Origin: Kiritimatiellia bacterium
GTDB taxonomy: Bacteria; Verrucomicrobiota; Kiritimatiellia; CAIKKV01; CAITUY01
Assembly: GCA_038330175.1 (NCBI GenBank)
Contig: JBBQNS010000002.1
Location: 13,566 to 77,565 of the forward strand
Length of the DNA stretch: 64,000 nucleotides
Reading direction: 5' to 3'
Shown here: one piece after another, positions 19,934 through 28,608 of the stretch
Layout of the letters: each line of letters opens with the position of its first letter
How positions within the stretch are numbered: the stretch's first letter is position 1
Made by a program: the position numbers and the translations under genes
Notes under the pieces: generated by a model
What the model saw: the letters and a program-made list of their open reading frames with translations, nothing else
Told to the model about the DNA's origin: nothing
Databases searched by the model: none

Positions 19934-21172
19934 ATGAATAATACTCCCAAAGGATATCGGCTCCACATCGGCATTTTTGGCCGTCGCAATGTGGGCAAAT
20001 CAAGCATTCTGAATGCGATCACGAGCCAGCAGGTCTCCATTGTCTCAGAGGTGGCGGGCACGACCACCGATCCAGTTGAGAAACCTATGGAATTGTTGCC
20101 ACTGGGGCCCGTCCTCTTTATTGATACGGCGGGAGTGGATGATGAAGGCATGCTCGGGGATCTCCGTGTGCAACGGACGAAACAAGTGCTTGAACGAACG
20201 GACCTCGGTCTGATCATCATGGGCGACAGCACCTGGGGCTCCTACGAGCAAACGCTGGCGGCGGAGCTCAAACGACGCGGGGTCACGGTCTTGGCGGTGT
20301 TCAATAAGTCCGATGTGGCGCCTGCGAACCCTGAGCTTATAAACCGGCTCCAAGGCGAAGGAATTCGCAGTTTGCCGGTCTCGGCCCGCACCGGTGAGGG
20401 GATCCAGCCGTTACGTCGGCTCCTTGTCGAGCTGGCACCCGAAGACTTTATTGCCAATCCCCAGATTGCGGCGGATTTGGTGCCTCCGGGCGACTGCGCG
20501 GTGTTGGTGGTGCCGGTGGATAAAGAGGCACCCAAGGGGCGCCTTATTCTTCCGCAGGTGCAGACGATCCGAGACCTGCTCGACAATGATTCCTATTGCC
20601 TAGTGGTCAAGGAGCGTGAGTTGCGCGAGGCCCTGGGCCGCTTGAACCGGCCACCCGCTCTGGTGGTGACCGATTCGCAAGCCTTTCTCAAAGTGGCGGC
20701 GGATACGCCGGAGTCGGTCCCCCTGACGTCGTTTTCAATTCTATTTGCGCGGTTCCATGCGGACCTTGACGAAATGGTGCAGGGCGCCATGGCCATCGCC
20801 AAACTCAAAAGTGGCGACCGAGTTCTGATTGCCGAGGCCTGTTCGCACCATCCGATCGGCGAAGATATCGGGACGGTCAAAATTCCGCGCTGGCTAACCC
20901 AATATGTAGGCGGAAAACTGGACTTCGAGTTTACACGGGGCCATGATTTCCCGCCCGATCTCGCTCAGTACAAACTCATCATTCATTGCGGCGCTTGCAT
21001 GTGGAACCGGCGGGAGATGCTCTCGCGTCTAATGGTGGCACGGGAGGCGGGCGTGCCCATGACCAACTACGGGTTGGCGATTGCGTTCTCGCTCGGAATT
21101 TTTGAGCGCGCCTTGCGTCCTTTCCCAGGTGCCTATGCCGTTTATCAAAAGAATAAAGGTTGTGTGACATGA
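19934..21172 (+). CDS. hydF: [FeFe]-hydrogenase maturation GTPase HydF
   Basis: GRRNVGKSS, GTTTDPV, DTAG, APKGRLILPQVQ, VTDSQAF, EACSHH and HCGACM (CxHx..HCxxC Fe-S ligands), TNYG. Confidence 0.97.
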   Translation: MNNTPKGYRLHIGIFGRRNVGKSSILNAITSQQVSIVSEVAGTTTDPVEKPMELLPLGPVLFIDTAGVDDEGMLGDLRVQRTKQVLERTDLGLIIMGDSTWGSYEQTLAAELKRRGVTVLAVFNKSDVAPANPELINRLQGEGIRSLPVSARTGEGIQPLRRLLVELAPEDFIANPQIAADLVPPGDCAVLVVPVDKEAPKGRLILPQVQTIRDLLDNDSYCLVVKERELREALGRLNRPPALVVTDSQAFLKVAADTPESVPLTSFSILFARFHADLDEMVQGAMAIAKLKSGDRVLIAEACSHHPIGEDIGTVKIPRWLTQYVGGKLDFEFTRGHDFPPDLAQYKLIIHCGACMWNRREMLSRLMVAREAGVPMTNYGLAIAFSLGIFERALRPFPGAYAVYQKNKGCVT

Positions 21173-22266
21173 AGCCATTAGCCGAACTGTTAAAACAAAA
21201 GGAGTTCAGTCGGGCGGAGATCGCCTTCCTGCTCGGTCTGCGTGCGAAGGACGATGTAGAGCTGTTGCGCAAGGCGGCGGAGGCACTGTGCTTCGCCTGC
21301 GTGGGCAACAAGGTTCACTTCCGGGGACTGGTCGAGTTCTCGAATATTTGCGCCTCCGACTGTCTCTACTGTGGTATCCGCAAGAGTAACTCCGACGTGA
21401 CGCGCTTCGTCCTGACTCTGGATGAGATCATGCAGGCGGCACACTGGTGTTCAGAACAGGGCTATGGATCACTGGTGTTGCAATCAGGAGAGCGTAGCGA
21501 CGAAGCGTTTGTGGAATTTGTTGAAAACGTGGTCCGGCGAATCCGCGCTGAGACGCGGACGGCGAAGCAACCGGACGGACTAGGGATTACGTTGTGTGTA
21601 GGCGAACAAACACGGGAAACCTATGCCCGATTTATGGCCGCAGGGGCACATCGCTATTTGCTCCGCATCGAGTCCTCTTCTCCGCGTCTATTCCAGCAGT
21701 TGCATCCCGAAGCACAACGTCTTGAAAAACGGCTGCAATGTTTGCAGTGGCTACGCGAAGTCGGGTTTCAGGTGGGGACCGGCGTCATGATCGGAATACC
21801 GGGTCAGACGCTGGAGGATTTGGCGGATGACGTGCTTTTCTTCCGGTCGCTGGATGTGGACATGATCGGCATGGGCCCCTATATCGTTCACAAGCAAACC
21901 CCCATGGCGGCACATGAAGCCGAGATGACCCTGCGTCACGACGAGGTTTATCAGTTGGCGCTTAACATGATTGCAGTGACCCGGTTGGTGTTGCGGAACG
22001 TGAATATTGCGGCTACCACAGCGCTACAGGCGATGAATGCCGAGGGCCGCGAGGAAGGTCTGACCTATGGCGCCAACGTGATCATGCCCCAGCTGACACC
22101 CACCGAGTTTCGCAAAGACTACCAGCTCTATGAAGGTAAACCGTGTATGGACGAAAATCGGGACCAGTGCCGGATGTGCCTCCAGAACCGCATTACAAGT
22201 GTGGGCCGGGTGATCGGATTCCATGAATGGGGCGATTCCCGACATGCCCGTGATCGCCAGAGTTAA
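21169..22266 (+). CDS. hydE: [FeFe]-hydrogenase maturation radical SAM protein HydE
   Basis: RGLVEFSNICASDCLYCG (CxxxCxxC), VLQSGE, RYLLRIE, DMIGMGPY, GANVIMP and YQLYEGK. Coupled to hydF by ATGA. Confidence 0.93.
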   Translation: MKPLAELLKQKEFSRAEIAFLLGLRAKDDVELLRKAAEALCFACVGNKVHFRGLVEFSNICASDCLYCGIRKSNSDVTRFVLTLDEIMQAAHWCSEQGYGSLVLQSGERSDEAFVEFVENVVRRIRAETRTAKQPDGLGITLCVGEQTRETYARFMAAGAHRYLLRIESSSPRLFQQLHPEAQRLEKRLQCLQWLREVGFQVGTGVMIGIPGQTLEDLADDVLFFRSLDVDMIGMGPYIVHKQTPMAAHEAEMTLRHDEVYQLALNMIAVTRLVLRNVNIAATTALQAMNAEGREEGLTYGANVIMPQLTPTEFRKDYQLYEGKPCMDENRDQCRMCLQNRITSVGRVIGFHEWGDSRHARDRQS

Positions 22267-22444
22267 GCCTCCTTATCTCGTGCTAAAGCTTAATAACATT
22301 GGGTTTTAGCGAGATTAGTGCCGAATTTTGTATATCCAAGGATGAAAACAGACGGTATTAGGGCATGACGACAGTAGTGAGGGCAATACCGCTTTAAGCA
22401 ATGCTGCCTTGGTTAACGTGACGATGGAATGAATGGAGGCCAAA

Positions 22445-24286
22445 ATGTGTGGAATAGTTGGATACATTGGAAAAAAGAGTGCCATTGACGTTCTGATCAG
22501 TGGGCTGAAGCGACTTGAATATCGTGGCTACGACTCAGCGGGTCTCGTTGTCGTTGCGGAGGGGGCTCTGCATACGCTTAAAGAGGCCGGGAAAGTACGC
22601 GATTTAGAGCAAAGGGTCTACAGTTGCTGGGATAAGCGCTTTCAGGACGGGGCGAACCTAGGCATCGCGCACACCCGCTGGGCCACGCATGGAAGTCCTA
22701 CTCCCGAAAATGCCCATCCCCATACCGACCAGAGTGGGCGGCTGGCCATGGTGCATAACGGGATTATCGAGAATTACAGTTCATTACGTGCCCAGTTACA
22801 GGCCAAAGGGCACACCTTCTTCTCGCAGACGGATAGCGAAGTGCTGATCCACTTGATTGGTGAGCTATATCAAGGGAATTTGGTCGAGGCGGTTTGTGCG
22901 GCGCTCAAACATGTTGAGGGGACCTATGGCATCGCCGTGGTGTCAGCGGATAGTCCTGATGAATTTATCGTGGCGCGCAAAGGGAGTCCGCTGGTCATCG
23001 GCCTGGGCGAAGGGGAGACCATTGTGGCAAGCGATGTTTCGGCCATCATCTCCTATACCCGTCAGGTGATCTATCTGGATGATGAAGACGTCGCGGTCGT
23101 CAAGGCCTCCGGGGTGGAAATTCGCAATATCAATAACATCCCGGTTTCGCGGGCTGTCGCCAATGTGGATTGGGATATCGGGGCTGCAGAAAAATGTGGT
23201 TATGAGCACTTCATGCTTAAGGAGATTAATGAGCAGCCAGAGGCGCTTGCCAATACCCTGCGTGGACGGTTGGATGAAAAGATGGGCTCGGCCGTGTTGT
23301 CCGGTCTCTCGCTGACGCCGCGCGAATTATCATCCATCCGGCGGGTGGTGATTGTCGGGTGCGGCACCTCCTACAACGCGGGCATGGTCGGTAAGTATTA
23401 CTTTGAGGAGCTTGCGGGTCTGCCGACGGAGATCGATCAGGCGGCGGAATACCGGTATCGCAATCCGATTATTCAGCCTGATGACATGGTGGTTGCGATC
23501 AGTCAGTCCGGGGAGACGGCGGATACATTGGCGGCGGTCCGGGAGGCGAAGCAGAAAGGGGCACTGGTGGTCGGTATCTGCAACGTAGTGGGCTCGACCA
23601 TCGCGCGGGAAACGGGTCGGGGTATTTACCTGCATGCCGGACCTGAGATCGGTGTCGCCTCCACCAAAGCTTTTACCTGTCAGTTGACCGTGTTGCTGAT
23701 GATGGCCCTCAAGATCGGGCGTTGCCGGCGCCTCTCACGCCAAAACGGTTTTGAACTGTGTGAGGAGATCCGGAAAATTCCGGATCTCGTCAAAGCCGTG
23801 TTAGCCCGGAACGAGGAAATTATCAAGGTGGCGGAACGGTATGCCCAAGCTCGTGACTTCTTTTTCTTAGGACGGGGGGCGATGTACCCCGTGGCGCTTG
23901 AGGGTGCCCTCAAACTCAAGGAAATCAGCTATATTCATGCCGAGGGGTATCATGCCGCCGAACTCAAGCATGGACCCATTGCGCTACTGGACAAGCAGAC
24001 CCCGGTGCTGGCGATGGTGAATGACATGGCGGGAAAAGATAAGATGCTCAGTAATGTTCAGGAATGCCGGGCACGGCAGGCCCCGGTTATCGGGATTGTT
24101 TCCGAAGGGGACGAGGTGATTGAATCGAATATGGACGATGTCATTCGCGTGCCGAAGTGCTCGCACCTGACCGCGCCGATCCCGACCGTCGTGGCGTTGC
24201 AGTTGCTGGCGTATCATGTGGCCCGAATCCGTAAATGTTCGATTGATCAACCCCGTAACTTAGCCAAGAGCGTGACCGTGGAGTAA
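22445..24286 (+). CDS. glmS: Glutamine--fructose-6-phosphate aminotransferase
   Basis: MCGIVG, LEYRGYDSAG, HTRWATHG, SQSGETADT, EIGVASTK, LKLKEISY and PRNLAKSVTVE. Confidence 0.98.
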   Translation: MCGIVGYIGKKSAIDVLISGLKRLEYRGYDSAGLVVVAEGALHTLKEAGKVRDLEQRVYSCWDKRFQDGANLGIAHTRWATHGSPTPENAHPHTDQSGRLAMVHNGIIENYSSLRAQLQAKGHTFFSQTDSEVLIHLIGELYQGNLVEAVCAALKHVEGTYGIAVVSADSPDEFIVARKGSPLVIGLGEGETIVASDVSAIISYTRQVIYLDDEDVAVVKASGVEIRNINNIPVSRAVANVDWDIGAAEKCGYEHFMLKEINEQPEALANTLRGRLDEKMGSAVLSGLSLTPRELSSIRRVVIVGCGTSYNAGMVGKYYFEELAGLPTEIDQAAEYRYRNPIIQPDDMVVAISQSGETADTLAAVREAKQKGALVVGICNVVGSTIARETGRGIYLHAGPEIGVASTKAFTCQLTVLLMMALKIGRCRRLSRQNGFELCEEIRKIPDLVKAVLARNEEIIKVAERYAQARDFFFLGRGAMYPVALEGALKLKEISYIHAEGYHAAELKHGPIALLDKQTPVLAMVNDMAGKDKMLSNVQECRARQAPVIGIVSEGDEVIESNMDDVIRVPKCSHLTAPIPTVVALQLLAYHVARIRKCSIDQPRNLAKSVTVE

Positions 24287-24305
24287 CCCCACTAAGTCTT
24301 TCATC

Positions 24306-24390
24306 TGTAGGGCCGTCGCTTGCGACGTGCCGCTGGTCGATGTGCTCGCCGGCATATGTCCAGCGGCACGTCGCAAGCGACGGCCCTACA
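24306..24390. repeat. REPIN-like element: inverted pair of GTAG-type REP palindromes
   Basis: 31-bp perfect inverted repeat tgtagggccgtcgcttgcgacgtgccgctgg (24306-24336 / 24360-24390). Each arm is GTAG plus an internal hairpin CGTCGC-TT-GCGACG. Confidence 0.8.
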
Positions 24391-24557
24391 TTAGAACGGA
24401 GATGCGCCCGAACGGCTGCATCCCGGTACGCGTGCCCTCTGCATTGTAGCCCAACATGAGGAAGAGGCCAAGTTAATGAGAATTGCTGGCGTGCCTTGCT
24501 TAACGGTAGAAAAAATGATATTTAAACAGCTTCTTTTGAAGAAATATAAAGTGAGGG

Positions 24558-26510
24558 ATGCTTATGAAGCTCGACTATTCTCAGTATTACGACAAAGTGC
24601 TTGCGGGCTGGCTTGGTAAATCGATTGGCGGGGTGGTGGGGGCCGGCTATGAGAACCTGAAAAGCTACCACCATTTGACTTTGGAGACGTTATGGCCGCC
24701 GACGATGGGCGCCAACGACGACCTGGATATTCAAGTGGTGTGGCTGGAGGCCTTGCAGGAGCGTGGGCTTTATCTGACGTCACGTGATTTGGTTGAGTTT
24801 TGGCAAGACCGCTGTTGGTATTGGTTCTGCGAATACGGCGTATTTTTGAATAATGTGCAACGGGGAATTGCTCCGCCATTATCCGGCACATGGAACAATA
24901 TTTTCTTTCGGGAAGCGGAGGGGTGCCCGATCCGTGCGGAGATATGGGGTTATATTGCGCCCGGCAATCCGAAGCTAGCTGCATCAATGGCGCGATTGGA
25001 TGGCCAACTCGATCATGGTGGTGCCAGCGTGGAGATCGAAGCCTTCTTGGCGGCAGCGTCCGCACAAGCGTTGGTCACGAACTCGTTGGAGTCTGCTCTG
25101 GAGGCAGGGCTCTCGGTCATTGCGCCGGATAGCGAGGTGGCTTTGGCGATCCCTGCGGTGCGGGAGATTTGCGAGCGTTACCCTGATCCCAAGCAGGCCT
25201 GGATCCAAGTCATTCGCCGGTATGGTGACCGCAATGCCAATAAGGCGCTTACGAACCACGCGATTGCGCTGATGGCGCTCTTTTTAGGGAAAGGTGACTT
25301 TAAGCGCACCATGTTGTTGTGCGTGAATAGCGGATGGGATACGGATTGCACGGCTGCCACCAGCGGGGCTTTGTTGGGTGCGCTATCGGGTACCGCCGGA
25401 TTGCCAAAGGATTGGGTTGAGAAACTGGGCCCGACCTTGATCTGTGGCGTTAACGTTAAACACAAAAATGCGCTGATTTCCGTTTTTGCGGAAGATACAT
25501 GCCGTGTTGGCATCGAGATGGCGGCGGCACGGAATAAGGCCATTACCTTTACGAATGCTCCTGCCGTGGCGGTGCGCCCACCCCCGGCGGCGGCCGTTTC
25601 GCTGGAAATCGAATATTCCAATGAGCCGGTCTTGCGCAATGCTGAGCCTGCGGCGGTCACGCTCGTCCTTAATAATCCAACGGCTGAAACGGTGACCGGA
25701 AAACTGGAAATCCAGTCGGCGCCGGGTACCGTGGTGAAGGGACTGGAAGCTAGTATCACGTTATTGCCCGGCGCTCAACTTGCTGTGCCGATTACTATTA
25801 CGCGTCAGGAGCCCGGTAGCTGGTTGCGTGATAAAAATATTTTCCATGTCGCGTTGGTTAAAGGAGACAAGGAAATTGCCCGTCAGCGTTTTGGGCTAGG
25901 TGGCGCCCGCCAATGGCAGGCCTATGGCCCTTATTGGGATATGTGGGATTCGGTGCGTCAGCCGATTTGTCCTTATTACAATGACGAGGTGATCAAGCCT
26001 CCCTTTTTTGCCTCACTGACCGGGGATTGCTATAACCAATATGTGCGACTAGATCGGAGCTATCTCGATGAAAAGCGTTTGCTAGCTCAGGATATTCCCG
26101 AAGAGTTGCCTGTGCTAGTGGAGCGTGGAGAGGATCTGTTAACGTCGGATCATTTGGGCGGATTCCGCGGGCAAGGCTGCTATTATTTCGTGCGCACCAT
26201 TCAGGCAGCTGAGGGCCCTTGTGATGCGTCGATTTATGTCGGCCATATCGGATCTTACCGGCTTTGGCTTGACGGCAAAGAGATTGCCACGGATGAGAGT
26301 ATTCGGGGCTGGTGCTCGTATGAAGAGCCTGGAACGAAAGTCAAACTTACCGGCAAGGCCCAGCGGCTGGTTGCGAAAGTGTTGCGTCAGTCTGATGACT
26401 TCTCTTTCAGTATCCACTTTATGGGTAAAGGCGACCCTGAATATAAGCGGGGTTGTTCTAATATCTTGGATGGCCTCGCGGATCTGCCGGTGGGCCAGCC
26501 TCACCCATAA
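24558..26510 (+). CDS. ADP-ribosylglycohydrolase (ARH/DraG-fold) family protein with C-terminal beta-sandwich domains
   Basis: YYDKVLAGWLGKSIGG, NDDLD and GWDTDCTAATSGALLG metal-binding motifs, plus a ~320-aa C-terminal extension. No signal peptide. Confidence 0.8.
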   Translation: MLMKLDYSQYYDKVLAGWLGKSIGGVVGAGYENLKSYHHLTLETLWPPTMGANDDLDIQVVWLEALQERGLYLTSRDLVEFWQDRCWYWFCEYGVFLNNVQRGIAPPLSGTWNNIFFREAEGCPIRAEIWGYIAPGNPKLAASMARLDGQLDHGGASVEIEAFLAAASAQALVTNSLESALEAGLSVIAPDSEVALAIPAVREICERYPDPKQAWIQVIRRYGDRNANKALTNHAIALMALFLGKGDFKRTMLLCVNSGWDTDCTAATSGALLGALSGTAGLPKDWVEKLGPTLICGVNVKHKNALISVFAEDTCRVGIEMAAARNKAITFTNAPAVAVRPPPAAAVSLEIEYSNEPVLRNAEPAAVTLVLNNPTAETVTGKLEIQSAPGTVVKGLEASITLLPGAQLAVPITITRQEPGSWLRDKNIFHVALVKGDKEIARQRFGLGGARQWQAYGPYWDMWDSVRQPICPYYNDEVIKPPFFASLTGDCYNQYVRLDRSYLDEKRLLAQDIPEELPVLVERGEDLLTSDHLGGFRGQGCYYFVRTIQAAEGPCDASIYVGHIGSYRLWLDGKEIATDESIRGWCSYEEPGTKVKLTGKAQRLVAKVLRQSDDFSFSIHFMGKGDPEYKRGCSNILDGLADLPVGQPHP

Positions 26511-26549
26511 TTTTTGTTAAGAAACTAAACCACTAATGGAGAGACGATC

Positions 26550-28520
26550 ATGTATATTGGCGTAGATTATTATCCTGAACATTGGCAGAGGGATCGCTGG
26601 GATGTTGATGCTAGGGCAATGAAAAAAGCTGGCTTTAATGTGGTGCGACTGGCGGAATTCGGGTGGGCTTTCATGGAGCCTGAAGAGGGACGGTTTGAAT
26701 TCGGGTGGCTCGATGAGGCCTTAGCGGTTTTGCGTAAGCAGGGGATTTCGGCGATTTTGGGGACGCCTACCGCCGTTATGCCGGCATGGTGCGCCCACAA
26801 GTACCCCGAGACACTGGCAATGCAAAAGGACGAAACGCGGGTGGTCTGGGGAGTGCGCAAGAATAACTGTTTCTCATCCGGAACCTATCGGCTGTTGTCC
26901 GAGCGCATTACAAGTGCCATGGTGGAGCACTTCGCGCACACGCCTAATGTAATCGGCTGGCAGACGGACAATGAGTTTGGGCATCCCAACTGTTATTGTC
27001 CCTCCTGCCGGGCAGAATTCCAGCAGTGGCTTAAACGCAAATACGGCTCTCTTGACGAACTCAACCGTGCGTGGGGGACCCATTTCTGGGGCCAGATCTA
27101 TGGCCAATGGGCTGAAATCCCCATCCCCGTTGACCCTAACGGGAGCAATCCGAGCGCAGGGCTGGACTGGCAGCGGTTTTTCTCATGGCTAAATGTCCGT
27201 TTCCAGGCGGATCAGGTACGTATCCTCCGCAAAGGGGCCCCCAAGCATTTTGTGACCCATAATTTCATGGGCCTGTTCAGTGACCTGAACTATTACGACC
27301 TGGCCAAGGACCTAGACTTGGTGACGTGGGATAACTATCCCATTTGGGGTAAGCGGCAGGTACACTACGCGGCGTCAGCGGGTGCTGATGTTATGCGGGG
27401 GCTGAAGAAAAAGAATTTTTGGATTATGGAGCAGACCGCCGGAACGGGCGGTTGGGGGAGCTATAACCGCAATCCTTGGCCCGGTGAAATCCGGAACATC
27501 GCTTACCAACAGGTGGCGCACGGGGCGGATGGAATGGTCTGGTTCCGGTGGCGAAGTTGTACGGCAGGTAGGGAACAATACTGGCACGGGTTGCTCGGAC
27601 ATGACGGCAAACTTTTGCGCCGGTACGACGAAGCGGCGAAGACGGCCAAGGAATTCCACAAGCTGGCCAAGGTCATGGATGGCACCACGATCAAGGCGGA
27701 CGTCGCCATGATCTATGACTATGAGAGCATTTGGGCTTTGCGGCTTCAGCCTGGCTTCGAAAAGAACAACTACCATGATGCTATGCAGCGCTATTACAAC
27801 GCCTTGTTCAGGGCGGGCGTGAATGTAGATATGATCCAGCCGACAGACGATTTCTCGAAGTATCGGGCGGTCATTGCGCCGGATCTGTTTATCATGCCCG
27901 ACAAGGTGGCCCGAGCGCTAGATGCCTTCGTTGCCAAGGGCGGCGTTCTGTTGACGGATTGTCGCAGTGGGGTGAAGGATGAAACCAATCTCTGCCATGA
28001 ACGAACGTTGCCGGGCCTGTTGTCGCAGGCTCTGGGCGTATCCATTGAAGAATACGAGAACATTTCAGGGGACCTTTCCTATGCCGGAGTCGGGGGCAAG
28101 GGGTTCCCTGAGGTTTTGACGGCGGTTCAGAATGCCGATTGGGTAAAGCCCGGCAAGGCCGAAGTTTTGGTCCATTACACTCAGTGGCATATGAAGAAGT
28201 ACGCGCTGGCGACCCGTAACCTGTATGGCAAAGGGGTCGGGTATTATGTTGGCGCCGTCGTACAGGAACCGGAATTTTACGATGCGATCATTGCTGAGGT
28301 GCTTAAATCGGCACGCGTTAAACCGGTGGTCCGTCCGCCCGAGGGGGTTGAGGCTTCGATTCGACAAGGGGCGGGACGAAAGCTCCTGTTTCTGATCAAC
28401 CATACTGAAACGCCGCAAACCGTAACCGTGCCAAAAGGTAAGCGCGAACTGTTAAGTGGAAAAACGACGGGTGACAGTCTGACGCTGGACACCTTTGATG
28501 TGGCTGTGATCAAATTATAA
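26550..28520 (+). CDS. GH42 beta-galactosidase
   Basis: GVDYYPEHW, VVRLAEFGW, WQTDNE (acid/base), CYCPSC, LNRAWGTHFWG, WIMEQ (nucleophile), EQYWHG and a trimerisation domain. Confidence 0.92.
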   Translation: MYIGVDYYPEHWQRDRWDVDARAMKKAGFNVVRLAEFGWAFMEPEEGRFEFGWLDEALAVLRKQGISAILGTPTAVMPAWCAHKYPETLAMQKDETRVVWGVRKNNCFSSGTYRLLSERITSAMVEHFAHTPNVIGWQTDNEFGHPNCYCPSCRAEFQQWLKRKYGSLDELNRAWGTHFWGQIYGQWAEIPIPVDPNGSNPSAGLDWQRFFSWLNVRFQADQVRILRKGAPKHFVTHNFMGLFSDLNYYDLAKDLDLVTWDNYPIWGKRQVHYAASAGADVMRGLKKKNFWIMEQTAGTGGWGSYNRNPWPGEIRNIAYQQVAHGADGMVWFRWRSCTAGREQYWHGLLGHDGKLLRRYDEAAKTAKEFHKLAKVMDGTTIKADVAMIYDYESIWALRLQPGFEKNNYHDAMQRYYNALFRAGVNVDMIQPTDDFSKYRAVIAPDLFIMPDKVARALDAFVAKGGVLLTDCRSGVKDETNLCHERTLPGLLSQALGVSIEEYENISGDLSYAGVGGKGFPEVLTAVQNADWVKPGKAEVLVHYTQWHMKKYALATRNLYGKGVGYYVGAVVQEPEFYDAIIAEVLKSARVKPVVRPPEGVEASIRQGAGRKLLFLINHTETPQTVTVPKGKRELLSGKTTGDSLTLDTFDVAVIKL

Positions 28521-28608
28521 GCATGAGCGCCCTGAAGGGCGCAGGTTAATAGGCTGTAGGCTGTTAGGACGCACGAGCGAATCCGTTTTAGTTAAGTGGA
28601 GATAATCA

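Noticed and set aside
21169-22266. Biotin synthase BioB, given the nearby bioF-bioC
   Set aside because: The motifs (RYLLRIE, GANVIMP, YQLYEGK) and the coupling to hydF indicate HydE.
22267-22444. Canonical glmS ribozyme
   Set aside because: The conserved core sequences (AGCGCC at the cleavage site, GACGAGG) are not present.
24287-24557. Tn7-like transposon inserted at the glmS att site
   Set aside because: No tns genes and no recognisable Tn7 end with repeated TnsB sites. Only the REPIN-like repeat is present.
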